DNA of 63,862 bases, filler included, from Lama guanicoe (GCA_013239625.1; 162 parts of 162 records of this genome joined end to end with filler, not necessarily neighbours in it), one strand, 5' to 3'. Shown: positions 14,085-28,396, counted from the first letter of the whole stretch. Made by a program: numbers and translations. Notes: generated by a model from the letters alone, not told the origin.

Positions 14085-14578
14085 NNNNNNNNNNNNNNNN
14101 NNNNNNNNNNNNNNNNNNNNNNNNNNNNTTAATTAATTAANNNNNNNNNNNNNNNNNNNNNNNNNNNNNNNNNNNNNNNNNNNNAGTTTTTCTGGTTTCA
14201 ATTTCGCTTTGGAAAAGCATTTGTATTTTGGTAAAAGTGTTAATTTATAATGTATCCATTGGTCTTATTCCTATATGAACCCGTCTTTTGGGGCCTTAAG
14301 ATTTTTGTTTCGTTTTGTTTTGACTTTAAGCTAAGGCTGTCTTGACTAGGAAGATACGACAATGTACCGTTTGAATCATTATGTTCACATGCAGGTAGAA
14401 GAGATTTTTAGTCATCTGGTTACAAGCTTTTTTTTTTTTTATTGAGTTACAGTCAGTTTACAATGTTGTGTCAATTTCNNNNNNNNNNNNNNNNNNNNNN
14501 NNNNNNNNNNNNNNNNNNNNNNTTAATTAATTAANNNNNNNNNNNNNNNNNNNNNNNNNNNNNNNNNNNNNNNNNNNN

Positions 14579-14872
14579 AAAAAAATGTGTTCATACTAAG
14601 ACTTGGATAGGGATGTTTATAGCAATTTTGTTTTTAATAGACAAATTTGGAAGCAGTTTGAATAAGTAAATGGATAAACAAATTGTATTATATAGATATA
14701 ATGCAACATTATTCAGTAATAAAATAAGAGGTACTCTTGATCCATACAATATGGGTATAAATATAAAACTAGATACGCTATATGGAATATATACTGCATA
14801 TTTCCACTTAGAAAGATCAAGATCTAGTAAGTGCAAACTAATCTGTAGTGACAGAGAGTGGAGTAGTAGTTG
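14579..14872 (+). mobile_element. Old L1M 3' end fragment
   Basis: gatgtttatagca...atggataaacaaattgt...aaactaatctgtagtgacaga. Confidence 0.7.
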
Positions 14873-15366
14873 NNNNNNNNNNNNNNNNNNNNNNNNNNNN
14901 NNNNNNNNNNNNNNNNTTAATTAATTAANNNNNNNNNNNNNNNNNNNNNNNNNNNNNNNNNNNNNNNNNNNNATGTTGTCAAAGGGAAAGTTCCTTCCTC
15001 ACGTAGTGATAGAAATGGAAACTGTCTAACTGAAATTGTCATTCCACGCAACAGTTCTACTATTTTCCATTTATTTTGCAATATATCTAAAGCATGATTT
15101 CTGAACATCTAGATCAAATTAAAAGTCAGAACACTTCCTTTTCTTCTCATAGTATGCCTATAATTCCCAGTAGCAGTTATTCTTTCTTTTTACAAAGAGA
15201 AACTATTTCAGAGATTTAGCTGGGCTTTATCAAGGATTCCAAAGTTCTTATCCCACTCTGAAAGGANNNNNNNNNNNNNNNNNNNNNNNNNNNNNNNNNN
15301 NNNNNNNNNNTTAATTAATTAANNNNNNNNNNNNNNNNNNNNNNNNNNNNNNNNNNNNNNNNNNNN

Positions 15367-15660
15367 TGGCCTCCAGAAGAAATAGAGTATCTGAATAGAT
15401 CTATATTAAGAAAACAAATTGAATGAATAATTTAAAAATCTTCCCACAAATCAAATCCCAGGCTCCAGTAGCTTCACTGACGAATTGTATCAAACATTGA
15501 GGAAAGAAATAATGTCACTCCTAAACAAACTCTTTCACAAAATAGAAGAAAAGGGAACACTTCCCAAGGTGTTTCATGAAACCTGTATTTCTGTGATATC
15601 AAAGCCAGAATAATTCTTTTCACAAAGAAAGAAAGTTACATACAAATGTTACATACAACA
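15367..15660 (+). mobile_element. Old L1 ORF2 fragment
   Basis: cccaggctccagtagcttcactgacgaatt...aaaatagaagaaaagggaacacttccc. Confidence 0.85.
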
Positions 15661-18600
15661 NNNNNNNNNNNNNNNNNNNNNNNNNNNNNNNNNNNNNNNN
15701 NNNNTTAATTAATTAANNNNNNNNNNNNNNNNNNNNNNNNNNNNNNNNNNNNNNNNNNNNTTATTCTTGGCTCTCTGATCCTGATGCCGGGGTGCTGTGT
15801 CTACACATGAGAATGTGCACTTGGGGCAGACTTAAATGCCACTGGAAGATAGGACACTTGTAGAAGACTTCACAGTGAGAACCTTCAATGTGAGACTTCA
15901 GAGTGGCCGTGTCAGAGTAGACAACATTGCAAGGTGAACATCAAAAACAAACTCTCCGCGTGTAGTGTAAACAGTTCTTGGTGATGTGGGTCTGGAAGTG
16001 CACCAACCTGCAGATGGCCCTGCACTCGGGGCAGGTGCAGGGAGATTTGTGCTGNNNNNNNNNNNNNNNNNNNNNNNNNNNNNNNNNNNNNNNNNNNNTT
16101 AATTAATTAANNNNNNNNNNNNNNNNNNNNNNNNNNNNNNNNNNNNNNNNNNNNCCTTGCTTGCATAGTTGAGGTTTTAGCAACCACCCAGGCCCTGGGC
16201 TATCAACGCTGGGCGTGCCTGCTGTTAGATAGCCTTCTCTGCCCAAAACAGCCTTGGGCTGGAATGGTAAACGAGTTATAAAAAGCTGCAGACTCAGAGG
16301 CGAGGAGGCTGGTTAGCCAGTGACGGGTGAGACCCCCTGAGGGGGGCAACCTGAGACAGGCGCAGCCTGAGCAGCTGACTCGCCTGCGTTCCGCCCTGCT
16401 AAGCTGAAAGGCTCAACAGGAACATGATTCACCAAAAAGGGTCTTCTGNNNNNNNNNNNNNNNNNNNNNNNNNNNNNNNNNNNNNNNNNNNNTTAATTAA
16501 TTAANNNNNNNNNNNNNNNNNNNNNNNNNNNNNNNNNNNNNNNNNNNNGAGGAAGGACAAAGGATAAGTGTTGGCAAAGGACATCAACCGGGGAGAATAG
16601 AAATAAAAAGAGAAGAATGTTTTGAGAAATTCCAGTATTGGAGAGGTGGAGGAGCAAATGACAAGAAACTAAGAAGAAATTAACCAGAGTCATATTGCAT
16701 CATTGCAGCTGAGGGAAAAAGTGTTTTCAGGAAGAAGAAATGGGTCAGCTGTGCTCAACGGTGCTGACAAGACAAAATGAGAACCAAAAAATACCAGTTG
16801 ATTCAACAACATTCATGTCCTGAGCAAGAAAAATGATCACATCNNNNNNNNNNNNNNNNNNNNNNNNNNNNNNNNNNNNNNNNNNNNTTAATTAATTAAN
16901 NNNNNNNNNNNNNNNNNNNNNNNNNNNNNNNNNNNNNNNNNNNTGAATTGATTAGAGAAGGACAGGATGATGATTTCAGTGTATGATAAAAAGGCATGTG
17001 GTGTATCTTGATGTTATGCTTCCTAAAAACTTAGCTCAAGTGGATACTTTTAAAACTTCTTAAGACTATCTGTTAGGTTCTCATTAATATGAGAAACAAG
17101 ATTTCTAGTATCCTGTTTTTGTTTAGTAATTTGGAGGTCCTGAAAAGTGTGATTAAAAAGAAAAAGGAGTTTTGTATAAGTTAAAGGAAGGGACAAAATT
17201 ATAATTGGGTGATACGGCTGTTTACCAGAGAACTCAANNNNNNNNNNNNNNNNNNNNNNNNNNNNNNNNNNNNNNNNNNNNTTAATTAATTAANNNNNNN
17301 NNNNNNNNNNNNNNNNNNNNNNNNNNNNNNNNNNNNNGCTAACCCAGAAACCACTGCCAAGTCAAAGTCTCAAAGTGATTTCAGGAAAGCACAGGTGGCC
17401 TGTTTTGCCGTTAACAGATTTGAGTAACTCATGCCACGGTTTTCTGAAACCCCAGACAATGAATACTTTATGGGGTCTGTCAGGAAGGAACAGAGATCTG
17501 CTTGTGAAGCAAGTGGATGCCGTGTAACAAATGAGCCCAATTACAGCCGAGCGAGCCGAGCATCATGTCTTCCGTTCTAGCCCAGCCATGCAGGTGGATG
17601 TGAAATCCATTCTCGAACAAAGCCACTCTCCANNNNNNNNNNNNNNNNNNNNNNNNNNNNNNNNNNNNNNNNNNNNTTAATTAATTAANNNNNNNNNNNN
17701 NNNNNNNNNNNNNNNNNNNNNNNNNNNNNNNNCTCTAGACTCTACCATGTAAGTACAACTCTAGAGAGGAAGTCAGGGGAGATGGCCAGGGCACTGCTCT
17801 TGGGACCTTCTGAGCCGGTCACAGCCTTGTTCTGGTCCTTAGACACCCTTGAGCACTGGTTTCTGGGGGCCAGTTGCCCAGCTGGAGATGTCTCAACAGA
17901 ATTTCCCAGGTGCTGGGGACCAAGTGGCCTCCTGCCCTGTGCAGGACCCTCCCCCAACATCATACGTTCCCTCCTGCAACAAGAGGCCCCAGTTCCCTTT
18001 ACAGTTGGTCCCACAATATCAGCAGTGNNNNNNNNNNNNNNNNNNNNNNNNNNNNNNNNNNNNNNNNNNNNTTAATTAATTAANNNNNNNNNNNNNNNNN
18101 NNNNNNNNNNNNNNNNNNNNNNNNNNNTGCGGACCAGCCTCATGCCGAGAGAGGAGGGACCCGGCGGCAGGCTTGGCGCTGCTGATACACAGCCCTGAGC
18201 CTTGGAACCACGTTCATCTCTGTGCTACAGGTGGGGAAACTGAGGCTCCGGGAGGCCAAGCACCCTGCCAGGTTCACACGGCCTCAGTGCCAGGCCGTCA
18301 CCAACCTCTGGGGCCGCTTCCTGGGCAGCCCCGCATTTGTCCCTGTGGGAAAGGGCAGAGGCGCCACCCAACCGTGACTGGGTGCCAGCCGTGCAGTGGC
18401 CGCATCAGCCCTGAGACCTGGGNNNNNNNNNNNNNNNNNNNNNNNNNNNNNNNNNNNNNNNNNNNNTTAATTAATTAANNNNNNNNNNNNNNNNNNNNNN
18501 NNNNNNNNNNNNNNNNNNNNNNTTTTTGCCATTGCATGTCCTTCCTGCTGTTAGATTCTGTGGCATACACAAGTTGCAAGGATTGATAGGTGCAGGTCAA

Positions 18601-21287
18601 CAAATCAGTAAAACATTAAAAACAGAAACAGAAAAAAACCAGAAAAGCGTGTCAGCTTCCAAAGCTTCCTTAACATGAAACTCATGTATTAACTTTTGTT
18701 CATGTCAACTTGTTGCTGCCACGGGAGTTGGCTGATACGGATATGTATTTATTGGATATACGTTCATGTTGCTATTGAGAAAAAAAGGTAGTCAATTCTA
18801 TGCACCCGCTTTTTTTTNNNNNNNNNNNNNNNNNNNNNNNNNNNNNNNNNNNNNNNNNNNNTTAATTAATTAANNNNNNNNNNNNNNNNNNNNNNNNNNN
18901 NNNNNNNNNNNNNNNNNCACATTGTATTTGGCACTGAACTAGGTGCTGAGAGTAGAAGAATGAGAAATAAGTGCTTCATTTTGTGATCTCATTCACTGGC
19001 TTCTGAATTTAACATGATTGGTAAGGACTGCCCAAGATTTCGTAAGATTATTTTCCTTCTTGTTTTAACTCTAACCTTCAGTGATCTTTCTACCCAAAGA
19101 AAGTATAAACGAGTAGACAAATTCACAGACGAATTCTGCCTTTTTAATTTACCAAATATAAGACTTTGAGTAAGTTACATGTTAACTTATCTAGGCCTTA
19201 GTTACCTTATCTNNNNNNNNNNNNNNNNNNNNNNNNNNNNNNNNNNNNNNNNNNNNTTAATTAATTAANNNNNNNNNNNNNNNNNNNNNNNNNNNNNNNN
19301 NNNNNNNNNNNNACTGTCCAGGGTGGACGCCATCATGCCCGCATCCCCGAGGCTCATTCTAATGACATTGAAAAAAAATGCTTTACGTTTCCCTGTGTTG
19401 AAGTTGGAGGGGCCAGTTGGAGTCACACGTCTGTCATCCAGGACCGAGCTCTGCAGGGTGGGCAGGTGGGCACGCCAGCGCGTCAGTGATGTGCTCTTCA
19501 GGCCAGGTGGCGGGGGGGGCGGCTCTGCCACCCTGGGGCCGCATGCTGCTGGAGGCTACCGGGCACGCGTCCTTTCTTCGCGGGCACAGGCGCTCATGTC
19601 CTGGCTTNNNNNNNNNNNNNNNNNNNNNNNNNNNNNNNNNNNNNNNNNNNNTTAATTAATTAANNNNNNNNNNNNNNNNNNNNNNNNNNNNNNNNNNNNN
19701 NNNNNNNAATAGCTGAATAGCTGAATAACTGAGATCTTTCTTAATCTTAGTGTCACAAAACCCTCATCTGGAAGCCTGACAGCCCAACAAGGTCAAAGTC
19801 GAAATGAAACTGTTACAACAGAAGTGGATAATAAGTGCCTTTTACTTTCTTTCAACCACTAGGGTTCTCAGGAAAGATGGAGTCATAAGCCAAGGGCTGT
19901 GCTTAGTATTCTTGTGCAATACTGGACCGTGTCTGCCTTCTAGTTTTCAGGGACTTCTGCCCTCATCAAGAGGACTTTGTTATCAGTACTCCCTGAAAAA
20001 AANNNNNNNNNNNNNNNNNNNNNNNNNNNNNNNNNNNNNNNNNNNNTTAATTAATTAANNNNNNNNNNNNNNNNNNNNNNNNNNNNNNNNNNNNNNNNNN
20101 NNCTATATATTATTTTACTTTCTATCAATTCTTTTTAAAAAATGATGTTCATCACTCATCATAAGATCGCTATCCCTATAGATGAGATATTGTATGTAAA
20201 ACTTAATGCAGTTACTAGCACGTGCAAAAAACTCAGTAAACATCACCTAGAATTATTATTGTCATCTCCCTAATTATAACTAATAAAATATAATTTTCTG
20301 ATTACATTGAAGTTATTTATAATACATAAATTACTTAAGGAAACTAAGGATATTTCTCTTAGTGTAATAAGCTGACATTAATCTCTTGTTCACTGAANNN
20401 NNNNNNNNNNNNNNNNNNNNNNNNNNNNNNNNNNNNNNNNNTTAATTAATTAANNNNNNNNNNNNNNNNNNNNNNNNNNNNNNNNNNNNNNNNNNNNTGG
20501 ACCACGCTGTGTGAAATGCTCCCTCAGGCGTTCCAGCCCACCGCTGTTACCGCGGGGCAGCGCGGAGCAGGCAGACCAGCCATCCAGAGGGCGTTTGGAG
20601 GCCTGGCCGTTTGCTGAGAAGTAACACTTTTAGGAAATACCAGAGAAGATTATCTTAAATTAGCCAAGATCCTTGGAATAGTCACTGGAGTCCATTAAAA
20701 GCCACAAGAGACGTCTTTTGAACAGAGGTTCCACTGAGGACGTTCACAGTGAGCGTACACTGTGTGCACAAAGGGGCACCATATGGCCAGAGNNNNNNNN
20801 NNNNNNNNNNNNNNNNNNNNNNNNNNNNNNNNNNNNTTAATTAATTAANNNNNNNNNNNNNNNNNNNNNNNNNNNNNNNNNNNNNNNNNNNNAGCCCTAC
20901 CTTCCCTGAGGCAACACGCTTAGAATGCACGAGCTGCTCCCGAAATTTGGACAATGAGTCCCAGGAGAACGTTTCACACGTGGGTTCCTGTTTCCAAATA
21001 TGATTCCGCCACGCGTGCTGTGTTCTCAAAGATGTAACTATGCTCACGGGGGGAGCAGGGCTGTGTTGGGGGGAAGCTGCGATGTCAGTCTGAGATCTTA
21101 TTCCTTGTGGTTCCTCTTGTGTTCTGGTTACTTTTCCGCCTTTCTGCGACTCAAGAGTCCACAGAAAGTATGATTCTCCGCCTAAACNNNNNNNNNNNNN
21201 NNNNNNNNNNNNNNNNNNNNNNNNNNNNNNNTTAATTAATTAANNNNNNNNNNNNNNNNNNNNNNNNNNNNNNNNNNNNNNNNNNNN

Positions 21288-21582
21288 CAATTGCTTTAAG
21301 GACATTTTTCTTGGATGTTTCCTGAACTTCCCCTCCGAAAAGACACTCATCCGAAACAAAATCAGCCTTCTCAAAATTAGAGATGATATCAAGTTCACAC
21401 ACACTGCCAAAATACTTGTCAAGTAATTCCACATAACAATGAATTATTTCCAGGGTAATTAGTCCATTGTCCTGATCCTCAATAGCACAGCAAAAATACA
21501 GACTGGCATATCTTTTGTAAACAATTTTCAGACCTCGCCATTCAAGAAAGCTGCACATTTTAGGTTTCCGTGCTAAAACGGT
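21288..21582 (-). pseudogene. AP1S2: AP1S2 (AP-1 complex sigma-2 subunit) processed pseudogene/retrocopy fragment
   Basis: Translates [98 protein letters not shown], near-identical to AP1S2; intronless over ~98 codons, with ~9 substitutions at normally conserved positions. Confidence 0.9.
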
Positions 21583-24500
21583 NNNNNNNNNNNNNNNNNN
21601 NNNNNNNNNNNNNNNNNNNNNNNNNNTTAATTAATTAANNNNNNNNNNNNNNNNNNNNNNNNNNNNNNNNNNNNNNNNNNNNGAAGACAGCTGGTCTCCC
21701 TCATTATAACGCTATCCCCATCTGCAAAGAACCATCATAGTTAGATTCTCACAGCCAATTAGCTATGTGGTAAAAGTATTTGTAGCAGAAATACTTGTGG
21801 CAAAGATGTCTATGCAAATAGGTTTACTTTTAAATTATTTTAGAGCCTCAGCTATAGTTAGCTGGCCTTCCCTTGTCCCTCACTAACATTTGGCCATAGG
21901 ACATACAGCGACATTTCAGTAATGACCCCCTGCTACGACTGTGACTGTGCTTGGCATTGAGTGTATGCAGTGAAAGGNNNNNNNNNNNNNNNNNNNNNNN
22001 NNNNNNNNNNNNNNNNNNNNNTTAATTAATTAANNNNNNNNNNNNNNNNNNNNNNNNNNNNNNNNNNNNNNNNNNNNCCTGTGATGGAAAATATTTCTAG
22101 GGAAAATAAAAATAAAAGAATTTTAGGGCTGAGAGGGAACTTCGATGTTATTTTATAAACAGCTGAGGGAACTGAGGCCCACAGATGGTCAAGACTTGCC
22201 CAGGGTCACTGATGCTAGTTGGAAGTAGACAATGACCTTCCACAAGCATCTTCTTACTCCCAGCCACTCATATATCAGAGTTAAAACACCTTGTGGCAAC
22301 TGAGGTCGGTTGGTACCAACACCGCTACTAATAACCACACAATTCTTTCTATTGAGTAGTTGTCAGTGTTAANNNNNNNNNNNNNNNNNNNNNNNNNNNN
22401 NNNNNNNNNNNNNNNNTTAATTAATTAANNNNNNNNNNNNNNNNNNNNNNNNNNNNNNNNNNNNNNNNNNNNTCGACCTCCATGCACCATGTCACTTCAG
22501 CTTTGACCACAGACCCTGCTGCTCCTCCCACCCACTCATCTTTCTGTTTCCTCTCAGATGCCACTTCTTCCTCGAGGCTCTTGACATGTCACTCAAAAAA
22601 CTGGGTGAAGTTTCCTCTTGATGCCCCAATTTGGTTCTTTCACAGCACTATTCACACTGTAATTGTTTGTTGTTTATACTCCCAAAGAGGCTGTAACCTT
22701 CTTAGCACCATGTCTCATTTATCACTGCATTTCCAGTGCCTCGTGCCAGAGCTGAAGGAGCACTGTTNNNNNNNNNNNNNNNNNNNNNNNNNNNNNNNNN
22801 NNNNNNNNNNNTTAATTAATTAANNNNNNNNNNNNNNNNNNNNNNNNNNNNNNNNNNNNNNNNNNNNAAACACATTTTTTTCATTTAAACCTATTTGTGC
22901 TCAATAAATTGAGGTACTAAAAATTGCACAATTAACTAGAAAATTTGAAAAATAAGACTATTCTAAGCAGTGAAAAATATGCCTCTCAGCTGGATATCCT
23001 AATTACCGATTTTTGACTATTTCTAAAAAGGGCAAACCGAACGCCAGAGTCCGATTCATTTAGCCAGCTTCCCCACATTCTGGAAATCAGCAGGAACTAA
23101 CTGATCTGTTCAAAGTAAAGGTAAGGTCTAAGTGAGTCTGAATTTTTGAGTAGCTAGAGGCTNNNNNNNNNNNNNNNNNNNNNNNNNNNNNNNNNNNNNN
23201 NNNNNNTTAATTAATTAANNNNNNNNNNNNNNNNNNNNNNNNNNNNNNNNNNNNNNNNNNNNGTGAGGTGAAAGGGAGCTCCATCTTCTTGACTGCACCT
23301 GCCCAGACTGTGTGCAAGGTGGTACATTAGATGTGTGCTGAGTGGGGGTGATCCCCATGTGCCGTCAGGTGTAGAGTATTGTGTTTTTTTTTGGCTTCTG
23401 GTGGACCCAGTCCAGGGATGGACAGATTGACTTTTCATTATATCCCTTTTTGTAGTCATTGAATATTGAACATGTACATGTATTATCAATTCTAAAAATA
23501 ATATTTTAAAATGTGTTACTGAATACTGTTGAGTTCTTGTCTCTTACTCTAACCCCANNNNNNNNNNNNNNNNNNNNNNNNNNNNNNNNNNNNNNNNNNN
23601 NTTAATTAATTAANNNNNNNNNNNNNNNNNNNNNNNNNNNNNNNNNNNNNNNNNNNNCTAACATGCTCCTGTTTCTGATTTAACAGTAGCTCTTGGAATA
23701 TTCCCCCTGAATGTTGATTTCCGCCCCCCCCCCGCAAGGTGTCGGATAAAATACAACAATAATTCTCTATTTTTGGGCGATGTCACATTCGGATTTCAAA
23801 AGCCAGTGACGAAAATCTGGCAGCTATATGGCATAATTTTTCACAATTTTGTTTCACATAAAATTTCACAATTTTTTCTACTTTATGATTAAAAAAAATA
23901 CAAAGGGGCTAATTGATCTGAATTTTATTTAGGTGTATTCAGCTCAGCAGAGNNNNNNNNNNNNNNNNNNNNNNNNNNNNNNNNNNNNNNNNNNNNTTAA
24001 TTAATTAANNNNNNNNNNNNNNNNNNNNNNNNNNNNNNNNNNNNNNNNNNNNGGCTCAGCTATAAACCAGCCATGCACCACTAGGCTAGCCACCTACCTT
24101 GCCAGAGCCTCAGTTGCCACATCTGTGTTATGGGCCAATGGCACCCGTTCAGCTTGCTTCCCCGGAACATGTGACATTAAAGTGAAATAATGGAGGAAAA
24201 GGTGACCTGAATACTGGAAAGCAACGCACAATCGTAAAACGTCTGGAGCAGCGGGCAGCGGCAGTCAAGGGGGTGGACTTTGAAGTTAGACATCCCCAGG
24301 CTGTGTCCTGGCTCTGTCATCTCTGCCCGTGGGGTTCCATGCAAGGTNNNNNNNNNNNNNNNNNNNNNNNNNNNNNNNNNNNNNNNNNNNNTTAATTAAT
24401 TAANNNNNNNNNNNNNNNNNNNNNNNNNNNNNNNNNNNNNNNNNNNNCGGAATGTCCACTGTGAGGACCAGGGGCAAAGGCAGGTGATTGGTCGAGAGAG

Positions 24501-25835
24501 GGCATGAAGCGTCAGCGTTGCTAAGGCAGCGTTCAGACAGGAGAAGGCTTGGAGGGAGGCATCTGGTCCCCTCCAGCTGCTCCTGAGAGTCCGCTTGACC
24601 TGCTGTTTGTTTTCCTGCCCTGCTGACCTTCTCCCCCGACTGAACCCTCCTTCCTCCCCTCAAGGGTTTGATTGACCCTCACCCTTTCTGTGACCCCTTC
24701 TCCTCCCAAGTGCCCAGCCCTTCTTCCTGTCACACTCCCTCCNNNNNNNNNNNNNNNNNNNNNNNNNNNNNNNNNNNNNNNNNNNNTTAATTAATTAANN
24801 NNNNNNNNNNNNNNNNNNNNNNNNNNNNNNNNNNNNNNNNNNTCAAGAGGGATTAACTGGTGACCTTGTAATAGAAAAATGCATCTTAACCAACAAGTTA
24901 TACGTGCGGGAATACGAGGAGACTCAACTTAATTATTAATGAAAATATAAAAAAAAACAGTTTAATACATTTGGCTTGTGAAATAAAATTCCTATTTTAT
25001 AACAAGGTAAGAAAAACTTATACATAAAAAAATTCTCTCTGCCCTTTGGCCTCCTCTGTCCCCTGACTGTGCAGTGTTTATCTGCATCATGCATCAACCA
25101 AACCTCCCTCATCAGCAGGGATACCTGCTCAGCCGTANNNNNNNNNNNNNNNNNNNNNNNNNNNNNNNNNNNNNNNNNNNNTTAATTAATTAANNNNNNN
25201 NNNNNNNNNNNNNNNNNNNNNNNNNNNNNNNNNNNNNGCTTAACAAACATCTTAAGTTTTATTTCAATGTTATAAAATGGAATTAGTGTCATTTCAAAAC
25301 AGTGAGCTAGAAAGAGATAAATAGAGGCTCTTAATACGTGTTTCAGCGGTCATGGGTGTTTAATGCCCTAAATAAAGAAGTCAAGTGGAGCCGTCTCTTG
25401 CCCCAGGAACCTTGTGCTTCTTAGCCTGCATCCTTCTTGGTCAACCTTTAAATCCAGAGTGAGCTGTTTCCGCCCTTGCAGAGGCTTCTGATGCCCACTC
25501 TGAGTCCGTCCCTTCTTCTGGGCCTGCCCTGCNNNNNNNNNNNNNNNNNNNNNNNNNNNNNNNNNNNNNNNNNNNNTTAATTAATTAANNNNNNNNNNNN
25601 NNNNNNNNNNNNNNNNNNNNNNNNNNNNNNNNTGGACATTATTCAATGAAAGAAAAGGAGATTAAAAAGTGGTGCAGTCAGTCTGATAGCCTTTATGTAA
25701 TAAAAAAGATATATGTAATGAAAGATCTGGAAAGATACATACTACAGTGTCACTCATGATAATCACTGTGTGGCGGGGACACGATGCTTTTATTTCTATA
25801 TTTTTATTTGTTTTTTTTATCTTTTTTTTAATTTC

Positions 25836-25926
25836 TTTTTTTTTTGGTGGGGGGGAGGTAATTAGGTTTATTTATTTGTTTGTTTGTTTTAATGGAGGCA
25901 CTGGGGATTGAACCCAGGACCTCGTG
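25836..25926 (-). mobile_element. tRNA-derived SINE, 3' part (camelid Vic-1-like)
   Basis: T-tail, then ggggggaggtaattaggtttatttattt...aatggaggcactggggattgaacccaggacctc; B-box GGTTCAATCCC on the minus strand. Confidence 0.8.
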
Positions 25927-27606
25927 NNNNNNNNNNNNNNNNNNNNNNNNNNNNNNNNNNNNNNNNNNNNTTAATTAATTAANNNNNNNNNNNNNNNNNN
26001 NNNNNNNNNNNNNNNNNNNNNNNNNNTTTCTGCTACTCTTCAGATTGTCATAGATAGTTGCTCCGTAAATAGTCTTAATTTTGCTGTGCCTGGGGGATGA
26101 GGTGAGTTCAAGGTCATTCTACTCCAGTATTTTGACCACATACCAAGAAAAATACCCTTAAAATAAAGTAGAACTCTTGCAAATGTATCATGCCACCCAA
26201 AACCTTTGCTTTTTTAACACATCAAAAATGCACTCACCAAATTTCAGAAAAACTGTCAAAGATAGAAGACATGTTTCTTTTTCTCCCTCCACTTTTGAGA
26301 TTTCCTAACGGATTTTCAAGANNNNNNNNNNNNNNNNNNNNNNNNNNNNNNNNNNNNNNNNNNNNTTAATTAATTAANNNNNNNNNNNNNNNNNNNNNNN
26401 NNNNNNNNNNNNNNNNNNNNNATGCGTAGGATGTAATTCCAGGAGACTGAGCAAAGAACAGCTATGTTGCTGAATCTGAACAATTTCCAGAGCTCGTACA
26501 GTGACGGGAGACATTGAGTTCTAACCATCCAGAGTGTAGAGACCTTGTTAGAAAGCCAGGGCAATCAGTAAATATCCCAGAAGGGCCATGTCTTAGTAGT
26601 AGGGCTAATTTAGATGTAGAATCACCATAGCAAAGTTTAAAATCAGACCTCAAACAGGTCAGACTTCTAAAAGTAAATGAACTGCCTGTCAAAACAAAGC
26701 TCTACACTCTGAAAATNNNNNNNNNNNNNNNNNNNNNNNNNNNNNNNNNNNNNNNNNNNNTTAATTAATTAANNNNNNNNNNNNNNNNNNNNNNNNNNNN
26801 NNNNNNNNNNNNNNNNTCAGTCCTCCTGGTCTGCAGACGATAGCTAGGCCACATTTCCCACCTCTTTTCAAATTGGCTACTTTTGGAATAAGCTTGTGTC
26901 TGTCTTGAACAGATCCACAACAAATGGTCAACACAAGCCAGCATTATGAAGTGGGTTTCATATTGCCCCGCGTCCAGCCTCCTACACCTCATTCTGCATC
27001 TTAGAATGTGTTACTCACAGCACCCGGCTCTGAGTCCTCATCTGTTGGTTTTCATTACAAATAACAGAAGCCCTGATTCAAGCAGTTTTAAGCAATAAGA
27101 ATTCATCATACNNNNNNNNNNNNNNNNNNNNNNNNNNNNNNNNNNNNNNNNNNNNTTAATTAATTAANNNNNNNNNNNNNNNNNNNNNNNNNNNNNNNNN
27201 NNNNNNNNNNNAAGAGTGAAAGCTATACCAAGTGCTGGATTCTCTTCTCTGGGCCTCCCTTGTTTCTGGGATCTTGGTCCTCCAACTCCTAACTGTCTTG
27301 GCGCCTCCCAGCATCTTCAAACAGTTGTTTTAAAATTTTTTCTTATTTTAATATTTTTTTCAAATTTTTTTCTGGTTGAATTTTACCAAAGAGTTACTCT
27401 GAAATAAGCTATTCCACTGTCCTCAGTCACACCAGATGACAGCAGAAATCTTCTTAAACATCTTTTTTGTAGTTAGCTTTTACTTGCTCTACTCAAAGAT
27501 TTCCCCNNNNNNNNNNNNNNNNNNNNNNNNNNNNNNNNNNNNNNNNNNNNTTAATTAATTAANNNNNNNNNNNNNNNNNNNNNNNNNNNNNNNNNNNNNN
27601 NNNNNN

Positions 27607-27901
27607 TTTTTTTTTTTGATATTGAGCCGAATGAGTTGTTTGTATATTTTGGAAATTAATTCCTTGTTGGTTGTATCGTTTGCAAATATCTTCTCCCATT
27701 CCGTAGGTTGTCTTTTCATTTTGTTTATGGCTTCCTCTGCTGTGGAAAAGCTTTTAAGTTTAATTAGGTCCCATTTTTAAAAATTTTGCTCTTGTTTCCA
27801 TTATTCTAGGAGATAGACTAAAAAACATATTGCTGTGATTTATGTCAAAGCATGTTCTGCCTGTGTTTTCCTCTAGGAGTTTTATAGTATCCAGTCTTAC
27901 A
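27607..27901 (-). mobile_element. L1 ORF2 3' fragment
   Basis: tttgcaaatatcttctcccattcc...aagcttttaagtttaattaggtcccattt. Confidence 0.92.
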
Positions 27902-28396
27902 NNNNNNNNNNNNNNNNNNNNNNNNNNNNNNNNNNNNNNNNNNNNTTAATTAATTAANNNNNNNNNNNNNNNNNNNNNNNNNNNNNNNNNNNNNNNNNNN
28001 NCCCGCTCATAAGGCTGAGATGAGCGAACAATCCAGGGACAGGAGCCGAGCAGGGAAGCAGATCACGGCTGTCTCCCAGAACTCCCTTGTTCCCCTCCCA
28101 GTCTGCCCAGCCCTCCTCATAGAGTGTCCTGGCCCACCTCTCCAGCCCTTCCTCCTGACCCTACCTCAGACGTTCTAATCCTTCGTGGACACGCCCTGGC
28201 TCTTTCTTACCCCTGCTTCCCCTGTCGCCAGTGCATCTTTCTCCAGGTTCTGGGTTCTGATTCCTTCCCTGGGACCTGGGCAGGGTCAGGACAGCANNNN
28301 NNNNNNNNNNNNNNNNNNNNNNNNNNNNNNNNNNNNNNNNTTAATTAATTAANNNNNNNNNNNNNNNNNNNNNNNNNNNNNNNNNNNNNNNNNNNN

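Noticed and set aside
16155..16448. TATA-containing promoter or LTR
   Set aside because: TATAAAA is present, but I cannot assign a family or gene from the sequence alone
19313..19607. Overlapping long ORFs on both strands
   Set aside because: GC-rich sequence poor in stop codons; no recognisable homology. The same applies to 17733-18027 and 33529-33823
25895..25926. tRNA gene
   Set aside because: The B-box is attached to a SINE body and tail; no complete cloverleaf
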